In this document: in pieces, positions 1-7,984 of the stretch
Numbering within the stretch: the first letter of the stretch is position 1
Layout of the letters: each line of letters opens with the position of its first letter
Virus record (IMG/VR): IMGVR_UViG_3300046495_000001
Span: 1-54,818 of that record
Direction: 5' to 3' (one strand)
Length of the DNA: 54,818 bases
DNA from: a virus
Lineage: Duplodnaviria; Caudoviricetes
Translations under genes and position numbers: made by a program
The notes under the pieces: generated by a model
Database searches by the model: none
Told to the model about the DNA's origin: nothing
What the model saw: only the letters and a program-made list of their open reading frames with translations

Positions 1-3
1 CTG

Positions 4-22
4 CGGTATAATGTTCAGAACT
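4..22 (+). promoter_or_regulatory. Probable sigma70 -10 element followed by a short GTTCAGAAC inverted repeat
   Basis: TATAAT at 7-12, GGAG SD before ATG 41. TGTTCAGAACT recurs at 7926-7936. Confidence 0.45.
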
Positions 23-40
23 TAACAACGGAGAAACGAC

Positions 41-199
41 ATGCATATACCCGAGAACTCATCGGATGAAGAACTCATCCTGATGGTGGACAACAAGCAA
101 GATGCAACCCCTCTTGAGCGTAAGCTGGCCGACCGCTTGGCTGAACGTATCAACGAACTCAATGACGCAATCAAGGAAATCGATGCCTGCCACCCCTAA
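41..199 (+). CDS. Small hypothetical protein (52 aa, below ORF-track cutoff)
   Basis: Hand-translated MHIPENSSDEELILMVDNK...DACHP*. GGAG SD upstream, helical charged composition. Confidence 0.65.
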   Translation: MHIPENSSDEELILMVDNKQDATPLERKLADRLAERINELNDAIKEIDACHP

Positions 200-407
200 C
201 TCCCCCTTTAACTGGCGCGCGCAACCGTCTGTTCTCGCCAACGACCACGACATCAATGGTGTCAACCGCCGCAAGTCGCAGCAAGCAACTGCGCTCAAGA
301 AAGCACCGTTCATTCTCAACGGTGTTGACCCCCGTACCCCACACAACCAAGTCAACGCCTACGGGCGTGCCGTTGTGTCCAACACCAAACGCGCCTTCGG
401 GCTGTAG
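183..407 (+). CDS. Hypothetical protein
   Basis: ATG 183 after AAGGA. Fills the gap between neighbouring genes. Confidence 0.55.
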   Translation: MPATPNSPFNWRAQPSVLANDHDINGVNRRKSQQATALKKAPFILNGVDPRTPHNQVNAYGRAVVSNTKRAFGL

Positions 408-415
408 GAGACAAC

Positions 416-760
416 ATGGACGATCACGAAGCCCTGACGTTTCACAAGCTGCCCGAACCCGGTGGTGTGAAGCACGATGGCGACAAAGTGCGTATGGAAC
501 TGCTTGACCCCTATGCGCTGGAGCAACTGGCTGCAGTACTGACGTTCGGTGCCAAGAAGTATGCGGCGCACAACTGGCGTCTGGGCATCCGCAACGGACG
601 CTTGATCGCGGCACTCTTGCGTCACGTGTTTGCATACTTGCGCGGAGAGAACCATGACCCTGAGACTGGACTGTCGCATATCGCTCACGCTATGTGCTGC
701 TGCATGTTTATCCTTGGGCTTGAACATCGCGTGGATTTGGATGACCGGTACAAAGGATAG
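416..760 (+). CDS. dATP/dGTP diphosphohydrolase-domain protein (DUF5664)
   Basis: GVKHDGDKVRMELL...VLTFGAKKYAAHNWRLG...LLRH...DPETGLSHIAHA signature, AGGAG SD. Confidence 0.85.
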   Translation: MDDHEALTFHKLPEPGGVKHDGDKVRMELLDPYALEQLAAVLTFGAKKYAAHNWRLGIRNGRLIAALLRHVFAYLRGENHDPETGLSHIAHAMCCCMFILGLEHRVDLDDRYKG

Positions 761-763
761 GTC

Positions 764-1066
764 ATGGCAACCCCCGAGTCCATCACAAAGAAAACGGTCA
801 CACGCATACTCACCGACGCAGGTGTGTACCACTTCTTCCCTGCTGCAAATGGCTACGGACGCGCAGGCATCCCTGACATTATTTGCTGTATCAACGGCCA
901 CATGCTTGCCATAGAGTGTAAGGCAGGCAAGGGTCGTACAACCGCGCTGCAAGCCCGTGAACTGCAGCGTATCCGTGACGCAGGTGGGTCAACACTGGTC
1001 ATCTACGATAGGCCCGAGGACTTTCAGTTGCTGGGCAAAACCATCTACACACTACTACAACTATGA
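764..1066 (+). CDS. VRR-NUC domain nuclease (putative Holliday junction resolvase)
   Basis: E...GYGRAGIPDIICC...AIECKAGKGRTTALQ, PD-(D/E)XK VRR-NUC pattern. Confidence 0.85.
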   Translation: MATPESITKKTVTRILTDAGVYHFFPAANGYGRAGIPDIICCINGHMLAIECKAGKGRTTALQARELQRIRDAGGSTLVIYDRPEDFQLLGKTIYTLLQL

Positions 1067-1353
1067 ACATCGAACTGATTGAAGACGCCGCAGTATCCCC
1101 GACCGAACTGCTTGAGCAACTGGGCCTGCTGGACGACGATGCCAAGGGTACGCTGCACCAGATGTCACTGATCATCATCGCTACGCTGCTGTCCAAGACC
1201 GGCACTGTGATTCTGATGTCCGACATCAAGGGTGATGGCGTGGCGAACATCATCGCGGCCGGTAACCCGGCACTGGTGCCCCCGCTGATGTACACGGCAA
1301 GCGAGGCGGCGGACGCTATGTTTAAACGCCCCGAGGGGAGCACACAACAATGA
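1063..1353 (+). CDS. Hypothetical protein
   Basis: ATGA overlaps with both neighbouring genes. Confidence 0.65.
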   Translation: MNIELIEDAAVSPTELLEQLGLLDDDAKGTLHQMSLIIIATLLSKTGTVILMSDIKGDGVANIIAAGNPALVPPLMYTASEAADAMFKRPEGSTQQ

Positions 1354-4277
1354 GCCAACCCTACAAGACAATTTTATGTGTAGACGCCGAAACACGCTGG
1401 AGCAGCAGGCCCACCGATTGGAGCGAAGACCCATTCACGCTGAGCAAGATGACTACGGAAGAATATATCCGCAGCCCACACTTCAAGGCGTTCGGGTTCT
1501 GTATCCATGAGGTGGGTTCGTCGCAGCCGGTGCAGTGGTATCGCCATGAAGAATTGCCCAAGATTCTCGGCATGTACGACTGGACGAAGACCGCTGTGCT
1601 GGCGCACAACGCGCAGTTCGACGTGGGCATCCTGTCCATGATCTATGGCATCGACCCCTGCTTCATCTTCGACACGCTCTCCATGGGGCGTGCGCTGCGT
1701 GGCGTCGAGGTCGGCAACTCCCTGATGAAGCTGGCTGAAGACTACGGACTGCCGCCCAAGGGCAAGGCCGTGTACAGTACCGATGGACTGTACGACATAG
1801 GTATGGCTATCGAGAAGGAACTGGCGGACTACTGCAAGCATGACGTATTCTTGTGTGAAGAGATATTCGCCAACTTCATGCTGCGCATCGACCCCGTTAC
1901 GCGTGAGTCTGCAGGCCCGTACCCCACGAAGGAACTACGCCTGATCGACATGACCGTGCGTATGTACACCGACCCGGTGCTGGAGTTGGATCAGCAGATG
2001 CTGGAGAGGGCGCTGGAAGAAGACAACGGCAAGCTGGCCGCTGCTCTGGAACGTGTGGGCGCGGAGCCGTCGCAGTTGGCGAGCAACGACCAGTTCGCTG
2101 AGATTCTGCAGAAGCTGAGCGTGGAGGTGCCCAAGAAGCCTAGCCCCGCGAACAAGGACAAGATGATCTTCGCCTTCGCCAAGAACGACGCGCTGTTCCA
2201 ACAGATGCTCAACGGTGACAACGAAGACGTGGCGCTCTTGTGCGAGGCGCGACTGAAGGTGAAGTCCAACATGGAGCGCAACCGGGCACAACGCTTCATC
2301 GACATCTCCGAGCGTGGGAACCTGCCGGTGCCACTGTCCTACTACGGTGCCGCCACGGGCCGCTGGACTGCATCGAAGGGCAGCAACATCAACATGCAGA
2401 ACCTGAAGCGTGGCTCCGCGCTGCGCAATGCGATCATGGCACCCGAGCATCATGTGGTTGTGGTGGGCGACTTGTCACAGATCGAGCCGCGTGTGTTGGC
2501 GTGGCTGGCGGGCTACGAGACGATGCTGTCGATCTTCCGCGCAGGTGGTGACCCCTACGCTACCTTCGGCTCTACCATGTTCAGCATTGCAGGTATGACC
2601 AAGGAAAGCCACCCGCTGCTGCGCCAGAGCGCCAAGAGTGCGATGTTGGGTTGTTTTGGTAGCCAAACGCAGGTGTTGACAAAACGGGGGTGGGTTACTA
2701 TACTGGACGTAGCCAAGGAGGATTTACTATGGGACGGAGTGGAGTGGGTAGCGCATCAGGGACTTCTAGCACAGGGGGAGAAGGAGGTACTTACAGCGAT
2801 GGGCGTCAGTGCAACTTCGGGCCACGAAATCCTGACGGAAGCTGGGTGGCAGGAGTGGAGCGCGGCCCTGCGAAAGCCTTCCCTTTTCCAGTCGGCGCTA
2901 TTTTTGGCGAACTTACCTGTCTTGGGTGGGAGCGACAAACGGATAAGCGAGGTAACGGGTGCTACCACCCACGGATGCGCTGCTCTTGCGGATGGGAGGG
3001 TATCGTCCACCGCTCCAATATCAAGCACGGACGTAGTACCCGCTGCCGTAGCTGCGCTTTCAAAGCGTCAATACAAACCCGCTACTACACCAAAGGATAC
3101 TTCGACGCGTGCCCTGACATCAGGCACCGTGATAGGCTACTTGACCGCATCAGCGCGATTGTTGTTCGCTGCACTAACACAAGTAGCCAAACGTATCCAG
3201 ACTACGGTGGCAGAGGTATCACGGTACACCCAGAATGGCTTGCGGATCGGGTCGCGTTCCTACGCTATCTTGTCACCCTTGATGGCTGGGACAAACCACA
3301 GCTTCAGCTTGACCGGACAGACAACAGCAAGGGTTACCAACCGGGCAACCTGCGCTTTGTCACGCGTTCAGTCAACACGGCCAACAAACGCAGGATCACC
3401 GCCCGAGAAGTCGTTGACCTACGACAGCGCATTGCCGCACTTGAAGCAGAGAATGCAGACCTACGACATCGCTATGGCAGGCCCGCGCAATAGGTACACG
3501 ATACTGACTGACGTTGGCCCTATCGTGGTTCACAACTGCGGATACCAGCTCGGGTGGGCGAGCTTCGCTGCGCAGCTTCTGGTGGGTTTCCTCGGTGCCC
3601 CGCCTCAACGCTATACCAAGGCCGATGCCAAGCAGTTGGGCGTGACAGCGCAGGATGTGCTGAAGTTCACCACCAACAAGGGCTATATGGAGAAGATGGC
3701 AGAGATCGCGCACACCTGCACCGAAGACGAGTTGCTGATCCACTGCCTTGCAGCCAAGGCCATCATCGACAAGTACCGGGCTGCAGCCGAGCCGGTGGTG
3801 GACTTCTGGCAGTTCCTTGGTGAGCGTTTGGAGCAGAGTCTGGTGGGCGGCGAAGAGTACAACTACAAGAACGTGCTCATCTTCCGCAAGAACGAGATTG
3901 AGTTGGTCAACGGCATGACGATCCGCTACCCCGACCTGAAGATGCACGTGGACGAGAAAGACCCAAAGAAGCGTGCGATCTACACGTACCAAGACGGCAA
4001 GAAGCGTGTGAAGCTGTACCCCGGCAAGATATGCAACAACGTGACGCAAGGCACAGCGCGCATCATCATGACGGACGGTATGCTGCGTACACAGAAGCGG
4101 TATCGCCCGGTGCTCACAGTGCACGACGAGCAGGGTGTGATCGCACCGCTGGCAGAAGCAAAAGAGGCGAAGAAGTTCCTGTACGACTGCATGGTGCAGG
4201 TTCCCAAGTGGATGCCGGGGATTCCACTGAACGCTGACGTAGGGTTTCATCAACGATATGGAAAGGCTAAGGGATGA
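1350..4277 (+). CDS. polA: Family A DNA polymerase with 3'-5' exonuclease, interrupted by an intein
   Basis: ExoI DAET, ExoII HNAQFD, ExoIII YCKHD, TGRW...NMQN, motif A DLSQIEPR, motif B RQSAKSAMLG|CGY (rejoined after splicing), motif C TVHDE. Confidence 0.95.
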   Translation: MSQPYKTILCVDAETRWSSRPTDWSEDPFTLSKMTTEEYIRSPHFKAFGFCIHEVGSSQPVQWYRHEELPKILGMYDWTKTAVLAHNAQFDVGILSMIYGIDPCFIFDTLSMGRALRGVEVGNSLMKLAEDYGLPPKGKAVYSTDGLYDIGMAIEKELADYCKHDVFLCEEIFANFMLRIDPVTRESAGPYPTKELRLIDMTVRMYTDPVLELDQQMLERALEEDNGKLAAALERVGAEPSQLASNDQFAEILQKLSVEVPKKPSPANKDKMIFAFAKNDALFQQMLNGDNEDVALLCEARLKVKSNMERNRAQRFIDISERGNLPVPLSYYGAATGRWTASKGSNINMQNLKRGSALRNAIMAPEHHVVVVGDLSQIEPRVLAWLAGYETMLSIFRAGGDPYATFGSTMFSIAGMTKESHPLLRQSAKSAMLGCFGSQTQVLTKRGWVTILDVAKEDLLWDGVEWVAHQGLLAQGEKEVLTAMGVSATSGHEILTEAGWQEWSAALRKPSLFQSALFLANLPVLGGSDKRISEVTGATTHGCAALADGRVSSTAPISSTDVVPAAVAALSKRQYKPATTPKDTSTRALTSGTVIGYLTASARLLFAALTQVAKRIQTTVAEVSRYTQNGLRIGSRSYAILSPLMAGTNHSFSLTGQTTARVTNRATCALSRVQSTRPTNAGSPPEKSLTYDSALPHLKQRMQTYDIAMAGPRNRYTILTDVGPIVVHNCGYQLGWASFAAQLLVGFLGAPPQRYTKADAKQLGVTAQDVLKFTTNKGYMEKMAEIAHTCTEDELLIHCLAAKAIIDKYRAAAEPVVDFWQFLGERLEQSLVGGEEYNYKNVLIFRKNEIELVNGMTIRYPDLKMHVDEKDPKKRAIYTYQDGKKRVKLYPGKICNNVTQGTARIIMTDGMLRTQKRYRPVLTVHDEQGVIAPLAEAKEAKKFLYDCMVQVPKWMPGIPLNADVGFHQRYGKAKG
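2676..2721 (+). promoter_or_regulatory. Internal sigma70-type promoter and SD for the out-of-frame endonuclease
   Basis: TTGACA 2676-2681, 17-nt spacer, TATACT 2699-2704, AAGGAGG 2715-2721, ATG 2729 seven nt later. Confidence 0.7.
2729..3493 (+). CDS. HNH-type homing endonuclease nested inside the intein in a different reading frame
   Basis: G-x-x-FGELT, RCSCG...RCRSC Zn motifs, YPDYGGRGITV..W, LDRTDNSKGYQPGNLRFVT...NTANKR, typical of phage HNH endonucleases. The start could instead be GTG 2846 or 2855. Confidence 0.85.
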   Translation: MGRSGVGSASGTSSTGGEGGTYSDGRQCNFGPRNPDGSWVAGVERGPAKAFPFPVGAIFGELTCLGWERQTDKRGNGCYHPRMRCSCGWEGIVHRSNIKHGRSTRCRSCAFKASIQTRYYTKGYFDACPDIRHRDRLLDRISAIVVRCTNTSSQTYPDYGGRGITVHPEWLADRVAFLRYLVTLDGWDKPQLQLDRTDNSKGYQPGNLRFVTRSVNTANKRRITAREVVDLRQRIAALEAENADLRHRYGRPAQ

Positions 4278-4576
4278 TTATTCCAAGCGAGTTTAAGATC
4301 GGGCACTACACCTACAAGGTAGTGATGAAAAAGCGCATCAACAGGAGCGGTACCTGCTGGGGACGTTCCTATTTAGGGCCGCGAGTGATACACCTAGCTA
4401 CGCACCCAAAAAAACGTGCGTTGACCGAGGCAGAGATCACCGTCACCTTCTGGCATGAGTATGCGCACTGCATGCTTTACCAGATGGGCCATCCATTGTG
4501 GCAAGACGAAGCGTTCTGCGATATGCTGGGTGAGAGCTTGGAACGCACGCTCAGTACGGCTAAGTTTAAGGAGTAG
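4274..4576 (+). CDS. Small HExxH metallopeptidase-like protein
   Basis: TFWHEYAH motif plus downstream E. ATGA overlap with polymerase stop. Confidence 0.65.
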   Translation: MIIPSEFKIGHYTYKVVMKKRINRSGTCWGRSYLGPRVIHLATHPKKRALTEAEITVTFWHEYAHCMLYQMGHPLWQDEAFCDMLGESLERTLSTAKFKE

Positions 4577-4578
4577 GT

Positions 4579-4788
4579 ATGGCAGGCCCAAACTACGGCT
4601 TCGGCTTCGCGCCGATAAAACAGGAGGGGTCACCCATAGTCGTTGACCCCAGTCACATAGGTACTGCGAAACCCGGCGTAGAAACAACCTACGTCGAGCG
4701 TCGCGTCCCGTCCTATTTGGAAGACGAGGCGCATGCGGTGATCGACGCGTGGCTGCGCATCAAGGGTTACGACCCGGAGAGCATCTAA
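4579..4788 (+). CDS. Hypothetical protein
   Basis: AAGGAG SD, tightly packed with neighbours. Confidence 0.6.
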   Translation: MAGPNYGFGFAPIKQEGSPIVVDPSHIGTAKPGVETTYVERRVPSYLEDEAHAVIDAWLRIKGYDPESI

Positions 4789-5453
4789 TGGCACAACACA
4801 GCTACTCAGGTATCAAGGCATTTGAGACATGCGCGCGCAAGTACCATGACACCAAGGTGGTGAAGTTGTATCCGCGCGAAGAGACGGAGCAGACGCTATA
4901 CGGGACGGCCCTGCACGAGCAGGCCGAACTGTTCATCAAGGAAGACAAAGAGCTTGACCCCAGCTTCAAGTTCCTGATGCCCACGCTCAAAGAACTGGCT
5001 TCCATGCCGGGGCGCAAGTTCCCCGAACTGGAGATGGCGGTGACTGAAGCGCTGGTGCCCTGCGGGTTCAAAGACCCCAACTACTGGTGCCGGGGGATCG
5101 CGGACTTGGTGATCGTGAACGACGACAACCTGACTGCGCGCGTGTTCGACTACAAGTCTGGCAGCAACAAGTATCCAGACACCGATCAGTTGATGCTCAT
5201 GGCACTGCTGATCTTCAAGCACTTCCCCCACGTGCGCAAAGTGTCGGGCGGCTTGTTGTTTGTCCTGAAGAACACCGTGCAGAAGTTCACCATGGAGCGG
5301 GAACAGGAGCACGATATGTGGTGGCGCTGGCGTGAACGAGTTGCTAAACTAGACGCTGCGCACCACCATGATATGTGGCCTGAAAAGCAGTCAGGACTAT
5401 GCCGTAAGTATTGCGAAGTCACTGCGTGCCATCACAACGGAAGGAAGAAATAA
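4788..5453 (+). CDS. PD-(D/E)XK exonuclease, Cas4/RecB-like
   Basis: HSYS...C, GTALH, E...RGIADL...FDYKSG, C-terminal LCRKYCEVTAC cysteine cluster. Confidence 0.85.
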   Translation: MAQHSYSGIKAFETCARKYHDTKVVKLYPREETEQTLYGTALHEQAELFIKEDKELDPSFKFLMPTLKELASMPGRKFPELEMAVTEALVPCGFKDPNYWCRGIADLVIVNDDNLTARVFDYKSGSNKYPDTDQLMLMALLIFKHFPHVRKVSGGLLFVLKNTVQKFTMEREQEHDMWWRWRERVAKLDAAHHHDMWPEKQSGLCRKYCEVTACHHNGRKK

Positions 5454-5722
5454 TGCCTAAATCAACGCCCGAGAAGCTCGCCTATCAGAAAGCGTACAAC
5501 GCTCGCCCATCCCAAAAGGAAGCTGGCGTGGAACGTCGCCGTGAGCGTCGCCATGAGATCGCTGCTGGCAAGGTGGCTATCGGTGACGGCAAAGACATCG
5601 CACACATCAGGCCCGCCAGCGGTGGCGGCAAGACGGTGCCGTCCAACCTGAAGATTGAATCCGAATCTAAAAACCGTGGATGGAGGAAAGCAAGTGGATA
5701 TAAAGTCCCGGTTGACAAATGA
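5453..5722 (+). CDS. Small HNH-like protein
   Basis: GDGKDIAHIRPASGGG...NL...S..NR resembles small phage HNH proteins, with AH where DH is usual. Confidence 0.65.
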   Translation: MPKSTPEKLAYQKAYNARPSQKEAGVERRRERRHEIAAGKVAIGDGKDIAHIRPASGGGKTVPSNLKIESESKNRGWRKASGYKVPVDK

Positions 5723-6083
5723 AATCGCTACACTAACTGTTCTTGATCTTTGGTATGCGGCGCATGGAGCACGCCGCGTTGGCTTCTCTTATGCCGATGT
5801 TATCGGTGCACATTACTACGACGATTGGCTCATGCAAAACATGGCCCTCGTCGCGAAAGTCGTTTATGGATCAGGGCAGATGCCGGGTAAAGGCAGGCAT
5901 GCTGGCAAGTTAGTGCAGCACTGCGGCCCCTACGGTGTAAGCGTAGGTTTTATACCCCACAAACAAATGCTCGATGTGGGCATATTTTTAAAGGATGACG
6001 ATGGCAATACCAATAGCAATGCACCGGAGGCAGATACACAATTCGATGATTCCGTTAGATGGGACTTTAACCACCGTACTTGA
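5694..6083 (+). CDS. Hypothetical protein (VLDLWY motif copy 1)
   Basis: GGAGG 7 nt before GTG 5694. Shares motifs with the next ORF. Confidence 0.55.
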   Translation: MDIKSRLTNEIATLTVLDLWYAAHGARRVGFSYADVIGAHYYDDWLMQNMALVAKVVYGSGQMPGKGRHAGKLVQHCGPYGVSVGFIPHKQMLDVGIFLKDDDGNTNSNAPEADTQFDDSVRWDFNHRT

Positions 6084-6366
6084 TCTCTGGTACACAAAGT
6101 ACGAAGACCGCGAACTCACTTTCGATGTACACAACATCGTGCGGCCCGAGCATGTGGAAGATTGGCTGGCACGCCAGATGTGTATCGTGATCTTTCATCA
6201 CGGCATGGACACGATGGGTCACTTCGACAATAACCACACGTTCCCTTTGTATAAGCTGTTCACGATGGAGTCGCCCGTAGACCAAAGCGTGCGCGTACGC
6301 CTCACCATGACACAGCAGAGAAGTTACAAACCCTACGACATGAAAGACCTATTATGGAAATTGTAG
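6046..6366 (+). CDS. Hypothetical protein (VLDLWY motif copy 2)
   Basis: Start uncertain (5995-6046). TLTTVLDLWY...EDWL. Confidence 0.55.
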   Translation: MIPLDGTLTTVLDLWYTKYEDRELTFDVHNIVRPEHVEDWLARQMCIVIFHHGMDTMGHFDNNHTFPLYKLFTMESPVDQSVRVRLTMTQQRSYKPYDMKDLLWKL

Positions 6367-7916
6367 AAAACAAAGCGTTGCAGATCAGGACACGCAACCC
6401 GGACAAATTTAAGATCATCCCCAAGCACCACGTGCAGGAGATCGAAGGTGGCTACGAAGTCACCGTGTTCTGGGGACTGGACGAAGCGCGGGTACTGAAG
6501 AATCTGGGCGTGAAGAACGTCCCATCACCGATCCAGCGCAACTACAAGTGGCCGGGACGCTACAAGCCCATGGGGCACCAGATGACCACGTCAGGGTTCC
6601 TCACTATGCACCGCCGTGCATTCGTATTCAACGACCCCGGCACTGCCAAGACCATCGCCGCGCTCTGGGCTGCTGACTACCTGATGAAGCGTGGTGAAGT
6701 GCGCCGCGTGCTGATCATCTGCCCGCTCTCGATCATGCAGTCCGCGTGGATGGGTGACATCATGAACAGCATCATGCACCGCAGCGCTGTGGTCGCCCAC
6801 CACACGCAGGCCAGCCGCCGCATCGAGATGATTCAGGACGACTACGAGATCGTGATCATCAACTATGACGGGCTGAACTTGGTGGCTGACGAGATCAAGG
6901 CGGACGGCCGGTTCGATCTGGTTATCGTGGATGAAGCCAACGCCTACGCTGTGCCGACAACCAAGCGCTGGAAGTCACTTGCCAAGATACTCACACCCAA
7001 TACGTTCCTGTGGATGATGACGGGCACGCCTGCAGCGCAGTCACCGGTCAATGCGTACGGACTTGCCAAGCTGGTGAACCCGAGTGGCGTACCCCAGTAT
7101 GCGACTGCATGGCGCGACAAGGTGATGAACAAAATCACGACGTTCAAGTGGGCACCCAAACCCAACGCCAAAGACTTGGTGTTCGCTGCGCTGCAACCGG
7201 CCATACGTTTCGCCAAGAAGGACTGTCTCGATCTGCCACCCGTACTCAAGACCACGCGTGAGGTGCCGCTGACACCCATGCAGAAGAAGTACTACGACAA
7301 GATCAAGAACGACATGCTGGTGATCGCCGCAGGCCAGACGATCAGCGCCGTGAACAAGGCGGCTGTGGTGAACAAGCTGCTGCAGATCAGTTGCGGTGGT
7401 GTGTACACAGAAGACCATGACGTTGTGGAGTTCGACGCTACCCCGCGCATGAACCTGCTGCTGGAGATTCTGGAAGAGACAGACAAGAAGGTGCTGATCT
7501 TCGCCATGTTCCGCTCCAGCATCGACGCCATCTTCAACTTCTTGACCAAGCACGGTATCAGCGTCGGTACGATCCACGGTGGCATCGCGGCCAACAAGCG
7601 CGGTGACATCATCAACATGTTCCAGAACACACCCATGCCACGCGTGATGTTGATGCAGCCGCAAGCCACTGCCCACGGGATCACGCTGACCGCTGCAGAC
7701 ACGGTGGTGTTCTTCGGCCCACTGATGAGCGTTGAACTGTATACCCAGTGCATCGCACGCGCCGACCGCAAAGGACAGACCTCAGACAAGGTGACCGTGA
7801 TCCACATCCAGAGTAGCCCCATCGAGAAGAAGATGTTCTCGGCCATGGACGCACGGGTCACAGATCACGCACTTCTCACAGAGATGTTTGACGAAGAAAT
7901 GGGGGTAAATAAATGA
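6354..7916 (+). CDS. SNF2-family (superfamily 2) helicase
   Basis: DPGTAKT Walker A variant, IICP, IVDEA, MTGTP, HGITLTAA, QCIARADRKGQ motif VI. Confidence 0.9.
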   Translation: MEIVENKALQIRTRNPDKFKIIPKHHVQEIEGGYEVTVFWGLDEARVLKNLGVKNVPSPIQRNYKWPGRYKPMGHQMTTSGFLTMHRRAFVFNDPGTAKTIAALWAADYLMKRGEVRRVLIICPLSIMQSAWMGDIMNSIMHRSAVVAHHTQASRRIEMIQDDYEIVIINYDGLNLVADEIKADGRFDLVIVDEANAYAVPTTKRWKSLAKILTPNTFLWMMTGTPAAQSPVNAYGLAKLVNPSGVPQYATAWRDKVMNKITTFKWAPKPNAKDLVFAALQPAIRFAKKDCLDLPPVLKTTREVPLTPMQKKYYDKIKNDMLVIAAGQTISAVNKAAVVNKLLQISCGGVYTEDHDVVEFDATPRMNLLLEILEETDKKVLIFAMFRSSIDAIFNFLTKHGISVGTIHGGIAANKRGDIINMFQNTPMPRVMLMQPQATAHGITLTAADTVVFFGPLMSVELYTQCIARADRKGQTSDKVTVIHIQSSPIEKKMFSAMDARVTDHALLTEMFDEEMGVNK

Positions 7917-7920
7917 AGAA

Positions 7921-7955
7921 ATAATTGTTCAGAACTGTACAAACCGTGATACACT
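7921..7955 (+). promoter_or_regulatory. Candidate promoter/operator upstream of the Tad1-SSB cluster
   Basis: ATAATTGTTCAGAACT resembles 8-22. Extended -10-like TGATACACT at 7947-7955. Confidence 0.4.
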
Positions 7956-7984
7956 GCACCCATAACTTAAATCGGAGTAACGAC

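Larger units (their letters stand above)
2652..3536 (+). mobile_element. Intein (295 aa) inserted in PolA motif B
   Basis: N-terminal CFGSQTQVLT, block B ATSGHEIL, block F TYDI...PRNRY, C-terminal VVHN followed by Cys+1. Removal restores AKSAMLGCGY. Confidence 0.93.

Noticed and set aside
2878-2906. Programmed -1 frameshift (TCCCTTTTC or ATTTTTG) joining intein and HNH frames
   Set aside because: Neither is a correctly phased X XXY YYZ heptamer. A dedicated promoter, SD and ATG explain expression more simply, although frameshifting is not formally excluded.
416-4277. Z-genome (2-aminoadenine) system
   Set aside because: No PurZ is visible in the window, and DUF5664 plus PolA is not enough evidence.
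4788-5453. Cas4-like gene as part of a CRISPR system
   Set aside because: No array or other cas genes. Stand-alone Cas4-like exonucleases are routine in phage replication modules.
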